From: an uncultured Bacillota bacterium
Lineage (GTDB): Bacteria > Bacillota > Dehalobacteriia > UBA7702
Reading direction: 5' to 3'
Assembly: GCA_934702375.1 (NCBI GenBank)
Contig: CAKUYE010000002.1
Span: 16,188 to 80,187 of the forward strand
Length of the DNA: 64,000 bases
The translations under genes and the position numbers were made by a program. Position 1 is the stretch's first letter, and each line of letters opens with the position of its first letter. Under the pieces are notes generated by a model. That model was not told the origin of the DNA. It saw only the letters and a list, made by a program, of their open reading frames with translations, and ran no database searches. Positions 57,735-64,000 of the stretch are shown here, in pieces.

Positions 57735-60368
57735 ATGGCAGAGCAGGTGGAAAAAAACTTAAAAAAGCGTATCGTTCTGGGGCTTTTGGCCCATGTGGAT
57801 GCCGGTAAAACCACCCTTTCCGAAGGGCTTCTTTATCTTTCCGGTCAAATCAAAAAGGTGGGGCGAGTCGATCACGGAGATTGTTTTCTTGATACCCATG
57901 CTTTGGAGCGGGCCAGAGGAATCACCATTTTTTCCAAGCAGGCAAGGTTTTCTCTGGGTGATACGGAGATTACTCTTTTGGATACTCCGGGTCACGTTGA
58001 TTTTTCCACGGAAACCGAGCGCACCCTGAGTGTGTTGGACTATGCTGTTCTCGTTATCAGCGGCACCGACGGTGTCCAAGCCCACACCGAAACTCTTTGG
58101 CGGTTGCTGCGGAAATATCATATTCCCACTTTCTTTTTTATCAGCAAATGCGACCTCGCCCATGCCGATGGGAATAGGACTTTGGCAGAGCTGAAAGATC
58201 GGCTTTCTTCGGCCTGTATAGATCTCTCTCATGGCTTTGATCCCGAAGAGATCGCTCTTTGTGATGAAGCTTTGTTGGAGCGTTATTTCCGTACCGATAC
58301 CGTTACGGATCGTGATATTGCGGCATTGATTCGAGAGGAAAAGCTCTTCCCCTGCTTCTTTGGTTCCGGCTTGAAGTTGGAAGGGATGGAACCCCTGCTT
58401 TATGCTTTGGAGCATTATACCTTGATGCCCTCTTATTCCGAGGATTTTGGAGCGATGGTCTACAAGATCGACCGGGACGAAAAAGGAAATCGTCTTACTT
58501 ATATGAAAATCACCGGCGGCACTTTAAAGGTGCGCATGCCGGTATCTTACCTTTCTTCCCATACCCGGGAGGAGACCACGGAAAAAGTCAGCCAGCTACG
58601 GCTCTATGCCGGAGAAAAGTACAGTACCGCCGACGGAGTTTATCCCGGTACTGTCTGCGCTGTCCTGGGATTTTCGGAAACGGCTCCGGGGATGGGTTTG
58701 GGTGCTGCGGCAAACGGTGTTCCGCCGTTGTTGGAGGCCGTATTGAATTACCGCGTTGTTTTGCCTGAGGATATCGACCCCGCCGGATTTTTACCTAAGC
58801 TGCGGCTCTTGGAAGAGGAAGACCCGGCTCTTCATGTGGTATGGCAGGAATCTCTTGGAGAAATCCACCTGCGATTGATGGGAGAAGTGCAGATTGACGT
58901 TATCAAAAATCTTATTGCGGAGCGGTTTGGTGTCTCTGTGGATATTGCCGATGGCAGGATCCTTTATAAAGAAACCATCAAAGAGCCGGTGGTGGGCATT
59001 GGCCATTTTGAGCCTCTGCGCCATTATGCCGAAGTGCATTTGCTCCTGGAACCTTTGGCACCGGGCAGCGGTATTGTTTTTGACAGTAAATGTAGCGAAG
59101 ATCTTCTGGATCGTAACTGGCAAAGACTGATTCTGGGACAGTTGGCATCTCATGAGCTTATCGGTGTTCTTACCGGTTCACCTTTGACGGATCTGCGGAT
59201 CACTCTGGTGGCAGGGCGCGCCCATTTGAAACATACCGAAGGCGGCGATTTCCGTCAGGCGGCGATCCGTGCTTTGCGTCACGGACTGATGCAGGCAGAA
59301 AGTGTTCTTCTGGAACCGTATTATCACTTTGCACTGGAGCTTCCCGGGGAGTATCTGGGCCGTGGAATCCATGATATTCAGGCGATGAACGGCACCTTTG
59401 GTGCTCCTGAGGAAATTGGTGAAATGATGCTTCTCAAAGGCACGGCTCCGGTGGCTGCCATGGCCAATTACCAGACAGAGGTTTTGGCTTATACTCATGG
59501 CAAGGGGCGGCTCCGTCGGGAAATCTGCGGCTATGCTCCCTGTAAAAATGCGGCTGCCATCATCGAAACCGCCGGATATGATCCGGAGCACGATCCGGAT
59601 AATCCTGCTTTTTCCGTTTTTTGTGCCCACGGTGGCGGTTTTAACGTGCCTTGGCAGGATGTCCGGGAGTATGCTCACGTGGATAGCGGAGTAAAAACCT
59701 CTCCCGATGCCATGCCTACGCTGCCCAACCCCAAAGTTTTTGCCCGTAATCTGAATATAGACGATAAAGAACTGGAAGCGATTATGGAGCGGGAGTTTGG
59801 CCCCATCAAACGCCGCCAATATAAAAAAACGGTGGCCGATGATCGTTTTCATTCCGGTAAAAAGGTAGAGATCAAAAAAGATTATCTTATTGTAGATGGT
59901 TACAATATGATTTTTTCCTGGGAGGGATTAAAGGAGCTGGTTGATACCGATGATATGGATCTTGCCCGGCATCGCCTTATCGAATTGCTCAGTCATTATC
60001 AGGCCTTTGTTCGTTGTGAATTGGTCTGCGTTTTCGATGGATATAAAATCAAAGGAAATCCCGGAGACCACCAAACCGTTGACGGTATTCATGTGGTTTA
60101 TACTAAGGAAGGGGAGACGGCGGATCGCTATATTGAGACCTTATTAAAGGAGATCGGCAGTCACTATAATGTGCGGATTGCCACTTCCGATGCTTTGATC
60201 CAGCTTTCCGCCGTTAGCAGCGGTGTTTTGCGCATGACTGCTGGGGAACTGGAGGAGGAAATCTCCGGGGTTCAGAAAAAGTTGGCGCTATTGGTGGAGG
60301 AGCTGAACCGTAAAAATGAAAAGCTGAGAAATCGGCTGGATCTGACGGAGAAAAACGAAGGAAGATAA
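57735..60368 (+). CDS. Translational GTPase (TetM/TetO/EF-G-like, domains I-V) fused to a C-terminal YacP/Rae1-type NYN ribonuclease domain
   Basis: G1 AHVDAGKTTL, G2 RGITI, G3 DTPGH, G4 SKCD. The C-terminal ~180 aa (LIVDGYNMIF...VCVFDGY...VVYTKEGETADRYIE...VRIATSD) aligns with the B. subtilis YacP (Rae1) NYN domain. CAGGAGG RBS before ATG 57735. Confidence 0.8.
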   Translation: MAEQVEKNLKKRIVLGLLAHVDAGKTTLSEGLLYLSGQIKKVGRVDHGDCFLDTHALERARGITIFSKQARFSLGDTEITLLDTPGHVDFSTETERTLSVLDYAVLVISGTDGVQAHTETLWRLLRKYHIPTFFFISKCDLAHADGNRTLAELKDRLSSACIDLSHGFDPEEIALCDEALLERYFRTDTVTDRDIAALIREEKLFPCFFGSGLKLEGMEPLLYALEHYTLMPSYSEDFGAMVYKIDRDEKGNRLTYMKITGGTLKVRMPVSYLSSHTREETTEKVSQLRLYAGEKYSTADGVYPGTVCAVLGFSETAPGMGLGAAANGVPPLLEAVLNYRVVLPEDIDPAGFLPKLRLLEEEDPALHVVWQESLGEIHLRLMGEVQIDVIKNLIAERFGVSVDIADGRILYKETIKEPVVGIGHFEPLRHYAEVHLLLEPLAPGSGIVFDSKCSEDLLDRNWQRLILGQLASHELIGVLTGSPLTDLRITLVAGRAHLKHTEGGDFRQAAIRALRHGLMQAESVLLEPYYHFALELPGEYLGRGIHDIQAMNGTFGAPEEIGEMMLLKGTAPVAAMANYQTEVLAYTHGKGRLRREICGYAPCKNAAAIIETAGYDPEHDPDNPAFSVFCAHGGGFNVPWQDVREYAHVDSGVKTSPDAMPTLPNPKVFARNLNIDDKELEAIMEREFGPIKRRQYKKTVADDRFHSGKKVEIKKDYLIVDGYNMIFSWEGLKELVDTDDMDLARHRLIELLSHYQAFVRCELVCVFDGYKIKGNPGDHQTVDGIHVVYTKEGETADRYIETLLKEIGSHYNVRIATSDALIQLSAVSSGVLRMTAGELEEEISGVQKKLALLVEELNRKNEKLRNRLDLTEKNEGR

Positions 60369-60379
60369 AGAGGGATATC

Positions 60380-60964
60380 GTGAAAAAAGATCGTGATTAT
60401 GAGGATGATCCTTACCTGGAGGATTTTGAGGAATTTGATATTCCGGAGTTGGGCAATGTGCCGAATCCCGGTACAGTTTCTGCCGGTGAATTTAACCGCA
60501 GATTTCAAAAGAAAATCTTTACGCCGAAAGGAAAGGGAAAATATATTGTCGCCGTTGTGTTGTTGGTGCTGCTCTGTTCTGTTGCAGCCGGTTTTGGCGG
60601 TTATCGGCTGGGGTATAGCCGCAGCTTTAGTCAGGGATATGATGCCGGTTATGACGAAGGCAACGATCTTGGCTATAACGAAGGTATGGAGTTGGGCAAA
60701 GAAGATGGCTACGATGTTGGCTACGATGAAGGTTATGCCGACGGCGCCGACGGAGCCAAAAACGATGCTTACTACGGCATTTTAGATGGCGGCGGACAAG
60801 CTCAAACTGCTGGTAGCGGTGATGTCGTATACTGTACGGCTTCCGGCAGCTGCTATCATCATGAAGGTTGTTCCTATATTGCCGGGAAAAGCGGGCTGAA
60901 AACTATGTCCGAAGCCGAGGCAATCAATAGCGGCTACTCTCCCTGTAGTCGCTGTGGGAAGTAA
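60380..60964 (+). CDS. Hypothetical membrane-anchored protein with GYD/GYN repeats and a C-terminal Cys-rich (zinc-ribbon-like) motif
   Basis: GTG start. Acidic N-terminus, one TM segment, repeated (D/E)GYD(V/A)GYDEG units. C-terminal CTASGSCYHHEGC...CSRCGK. Confidence 0.5.
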   Translation: MKKDRDYEDDPYLEDFEEFDIPELGNVPNPGTVSAGEFNRRFQKKIFTPKGKGKYIVAVVLLVLLCSVAAGFGGYRLGYSRSFSQGYDAGYDEGNDLGYNEGMELGKEDGYDVGYDEGYADGADGAKNDAYYGILDGGGQAQTAGSGDVVYCTASGSCYHHEGCSYIAGKSGLKTMSEAEAINSGYSPCSRCGK

Positions 60965-61074
60965 AGTGATTTTACGAGAATAAAATCTTAAAAAGTTTTT
61001 TAAAATAGTGGTTGACAAGGGTTATGCAAAGTGATAGAATACAAAACGTAAACAAGTTCCGTTTTGGAGACGCT

Positions 61075-61719
61075 ATGGCAAGATATAGTAAAGGAATCGA
61101 AACAAAACGAAAATTAATATTGCTTACCTACCACAAGTTGTTGGAGCAAAACGTTTCTTCCATCACCGTAAGAAATTTAGTGGCAGAGGCGGGTTATTCC
61201 CCATCAGCACTTTATCGTTACTTTGGCAGCCTGGATGATCTTATTGTTGTTGCTTCTGTGCGATTTTTAGAGGAATATATCCGAGGTTATGCGGCTTTGC
61301 TTGATCGAAATGATGATTTTATGAAAATCTATCGCGATGGTTGGCAGCTCTTTAATTACCATGCCTTTTCTCGTCCGGATGTTTTTTACGGATTATTCTG
61401 GGGAGAATATAATGGTAAATTTGCCAATGCCATGGAAGAGTACTACCAAGTATTTCCCTTTGCCGGTTCTCAAAAATCACCGGATCTTTTTTCTCGCTTA
61501 TTTTTTCAAAATAATATTTATGAGAGAGATTATCGTGTGTTAAGTGAAGCGGCGGCTCGGGGCTGTATCTCAAAAGAAGATGCTGCCTATTTCAGTAGGG
61601 TTGTGCCTCTGGTTGTAAAAGGGATTCTTGATGAATACCGATACTGTGATATGGCAGAACGGCGAAAAGGAGAAAACGAATGTAATGAATTGATTCGCAG
61701 ATGCCTTGCTCGTATCTGA
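61075..61719 (+). CDS. TetR-family transcriptional regulator
   Basis: HTH ITVRNLVAEAGYSPSALYRYFGSLDDL. About 214 aa from ATG 61075, which has a GGAGA RBS. Confidence 0.75.
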   Translation: MARYSKGIETKRKLILLTYHKLLEQNVSSITVRNLVAEAGYSPSALYRYFGSLDDLIVVASVRFLEEYIRGYAALLDRNDDFMKIYRDGWQLFNYHAFSRPDVFYGLFWGEYNGKFANAMEEYYQVFPFAGSQKSPDLFSRLFFQNNIYERDYRVLSEAAARGCISKEDAAYFSRVVPLVVKGILDEYRYCDMAERRKGENECNELIRRCLARI

Positions 61720-61780
61720 AACCGAAGAGATTTTGCAGTGCATGTTCCTCCTTCCGGGAGGAATCTCTTTTGACCGTAAA

Positions 61781-61884
61781 AGTGAACAAGTTCTCTATAT
61801 GTTAAAAAATGAACTTGTTCTTAAAGTTGCTAATTCGATAGCAAGAATGGACCTTGTTTTTTCTTTGCGTTAAAAAATGAACAA
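61781..61884 (+). promoter_or_regulatory. Three copies of a TGAAC-AA/TT-GTTC palindromic operator-like motif upstream of the MttB-family gene
   Basis: GTGAACAAGTTCTC at 61781-61796, TGAACTTGTTCTT at 61812-61826, TGAACAAGTTAAT at 61871-61884. Confidence 0.45.
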
Positions 61885-61926
61885 GTTAATTTTTATTGTT
61901 CGCGAAAATAATAATTTAGGGAGGAC

Positions 61927-63339
61927 ATGATGATGTCTAGAGAACAGATGATCCACAACGCAGCAATGGAAGTATTAAACGAAGTCGGGGTAAAAATTCA
62001 CAATAAAAAAGCTTGTGAAATTTATCGGGAAAATGGCATCCGTGTAGAAAACGATACTGTGTTTTTTACCGAGGAGCAGGTAATGCATTGGGTGAAAATG
62101 GCACCTTCGGAGTTTACTCTTTACGGACGGAATCCGAAATATGACATGGTGATCGGCGGTGATCATGTGAATCCTGCCCCCACCTACGGCTGTGCTTTTA
62201 TTGATGATTGGGAAGGCAACCGCCGTCGGGGCTCAATTCAGGACTATTTGAAATGCTTAAAGCTGGTTCATGCCGAAGATACCTATGATATCAATGGCGG
62301 AATCATGATCCAGCCCAGTGACATTCCCGAAGAAACCGCGGCACTGGCTATGTTTTATGCAATGCTGAAAACAACGGATAAGGTCATGATGCTTCCCACC
62401 GGTTTTAAAGATGAAATGGCGCTGATTTTAGAAGCAGGTGCTGCTATTTTCGGCGGAAAAGAAGCCATGATTGAAAAACCACGGATGATTGCCTTGATCA
62501 ATACGGTATCCCCCTTATCCCTTGATGAAAGAATGCTTGATTGTCTTATGCTCTTGGCTGAATATGGCCAGCCTGCCATTCTTTGCCCTGCTGCCATGCT
62601 TGGCGCTACCGGTTCTCTCTCCATGGCCGGAACCCTTGTCACCGGCATTGCCGAAGATCTTGCCGGCATTGCCCTTGCGCAAATGGTGCGCCCCGGCACA
62701 CCTGTTGTTCTTGGCATTCAGTCCACAGCGGCAGATATGCGCGGTGGTATTACCTTTGCTTGCGCTGCTCCGGAAGGTACTTTGATGCAGGGCTTTGCTG
62801 CGAATATGGCTAAATTCTACGGCGTCCCTTCTCGTGGCGGCGGTTGTCAGACCGATGCTCCTGTTATCAACTGCCAGGCCGGTTATGAATCGATGCTTAC
62901 CTTTTCCTCGGCTTATCGTCACGGTATCAACCTGGTAATGGAAGCCGGCGGTGTTATGGATAGCGTTAACGCTACTTCCTTTGAGAAAATGATCATCGAC
63001 TTTGAAATCATTCGTCAGGTGAAAAAAGCATTTACTCCCATTGAAGTAACGGAAGAAACCTTGAATTTGAAGGAAATCAAAGAAGTGAATTCCACCGGCA
63101 GCTATGTTATGACCGATTACACCATGTTCCATTTCAATGATCTCTATGCACCGAAAATCGGTTCCCGCAGTGCCAAAGGAGATGCTTACTTCAAGGAAAG
63201 CATTGATAAAGAAATGGATCGCCTGTTGACAGTATACGAACAAAATCGTCCCCAGGAAGCCGAAGCAATGGCAGAAGCCAGAGCAATCATCGCCAAATCC
63301 GGTATGGATATGGACAAATTAGATGCGGAAATGGAATAA
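61927..63339 (+). CDS. Trimethylamine methyltransferase (MttB) superfamily protein, non-pyrrolysine type (quaternary-amine:corrinoid methyltransferase-like)
   Basis: 470 aa. N-terminal motif (MSREQMIHNAAMEVLNEVGVKIHN) and length typical of MttB/MtgB-family proteins. No in-frame amber codon. Three consecutive ATGs leave the start ambiguous. Confidence 0.75.
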   Translation: MMMSREQMIHNAAMEVLNEVGVKIHNKKACEIYRENGIRVENDTVFFTEEQVMHWVKMAPSEFTLYGRNPKYDMVIGGDHVNPAPTYGCAFIDDWEGNRRRGSIQDYLKCLKLVHAEDTYDINGGIMIQPSDIPEETAALAMFYAMLKTTDKVMMLPTGFKDEMALILEAGAAIFGGKEAMIEKPRMIALINTVSPLSLDERMLDCLMLLAEYGQPAILCPAAMLGATGSLSMAGTLVTGIAEDLAGIALAQMVRPGTPVVLGIQSTAADMRGGITFACAAPEGTLMQGFAANMAKFYGVPSRGGGCQTDAPVINCQAGYESMLTFSSAYRHGINLVMEAGGVMDSVNATSFEKMIIDFEIIRQVKKAFTPIEVTEETLNLKEIKEVNSTGSYVMTDYTMFHFNDLYAPKIGSRSAKGDAYFKESIDKEMDRLLTVYEQNRPQEAEAMAEARAIIAKSGMDMDKLDAEME

Positions 63340-63370
63340 AGCAGCGCTTGTTGTTTATGGGAGGTTAAAA

Positions 63371-64000
63371 TGGTTATTTCAGGAAAAAAGAAATGGATCG
63401 TTTTAGTTTTGATCTCACTTCTTTCCGGCGTTATGGTGTATGTGCCTTATTTGCGTTACAGCTACTACGACCAGATGGTGTTGCTCTTCACTCAATACAA
63501 ACCAATTGTTGATGCCGCAAATGTAAATGAGTTTATTGGCGATTTCAGCTTTTGGTTAGGGTTGATCTGTATGATTGGCTATCCCATCGGCGGTGTTCTC
63601 GTCGATAAATTTGGCGAAAAATGGCTTTTAATTATCGGTGCATTATTGATGGGAGCCTGCACCTTTTGGTATGGCATGCTTCCCGGGCGTATGGCAATCA
63701 TTGTGATTCATGGGCTTTTCGGTATCGGTACCAGCTTCTTTGTTTGGGGAGCATATCTTAAAACAACGCGTAAATTAGGTACCGGGGCGGAACAGGGCAA
63801 GCTCTTTTCTTCTTCGGAGTTCATTCGAGCCATCATTGGTATGACCTTGGGTTTTCTCGGCGTGGCATTGCTGAACCATGCGGTTATGCCCGGCGGTACC
63901 ACCGATCTTGAGCTTTTGGGAAAACAATGGCATACAATGATGTTCCTTAACGGCAGTATGTTTGTGGTTCTTGCCATCGGCGTTTTCTTCCTGTTGCCCG
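63371..64000 (+). CDS. MFS transporter (partial, runs off the window end), paralog of 37078-38340
   Basis: MVISGKKKWIVLVLISLLSGVMVYVPYLRYSYYDQM shares the N-terminal motif with the other MFS protein. Open to position 64000. Confidence 0.75.

Noticed and set aside
1-64000. CRISPR arrays
   Set aside because: No short, regularly spaced direct repeats with unique spacers were seen. The repeat families present are long (about 110-127 bp) or degenerate iteron-like units.

Overview
Chromosomal segment from a Gram-positive, spore-forming anaerobe (Clostridia-like; ~55% GC background with several AT-rich islands). The first 8.4 kb carries the conserved Bacillus-type 'ylo' cluster: rqcH-like NFACT protein (partial, minus strand), Ca2+ P-type ATPase, yicC, mIHF-like HhH protein, gmk, rpoZ, coaBC and metK. 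Then come a GT2-GtrA fusion, a hydantoinase/oxoprolinase-family protein, an AT-rich accessory island (hypothetical protein, XRE regulator, AlbA_2/HATPase_c_4 protein), a two-component system plus a D-Ala-D-Ala carboxypeptidase, addB-addA, and a cytoplasmic NuoE/NuoF/HydA-type trimeric [FeFe]-hydrogenase. Further on lie a second AlbA_2 paralog, an Isf-like flavoprotein, mltG, an MFS transporter, sleB-ypeB, tRNA-Cys with XRE and HicB remnants, and guaA. A block of mobile-element debris (IS3 transposase fragment, phage tape-measure fragment, serine-recombinase C-terminal fragment) lies directly upstream of, and appears to have cut off the 5' end of, an SLH-domain surface-protein gene. After a DUF5050 lipoprotein comes the most striking locus: a Tat-exported [FeFe]-hydrogenase with HybA-like ferredoxin and NrfD-like membrane subunits, bracketed by tatB and tatA-tatC and driven by a consensus sigmaA promoter. 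The rest of the window holds an orphan LytTR response regulator with a canonical 9-12-9 direct-repeat site, a TetM/EF-G-like GTPase fused to a YacP/Rae1-type NYN ribonuclease domain, and a TetR-MttB-family methyltransferase-MFS locus. The intergenic regions contain hairpin-forming repeat families whose copies carry compensatory stem changes, a 127-bp tandem array, a 20-bp perfect palindrome present twice, and an iteron-like 21-bp-periodic direct-repeat array.
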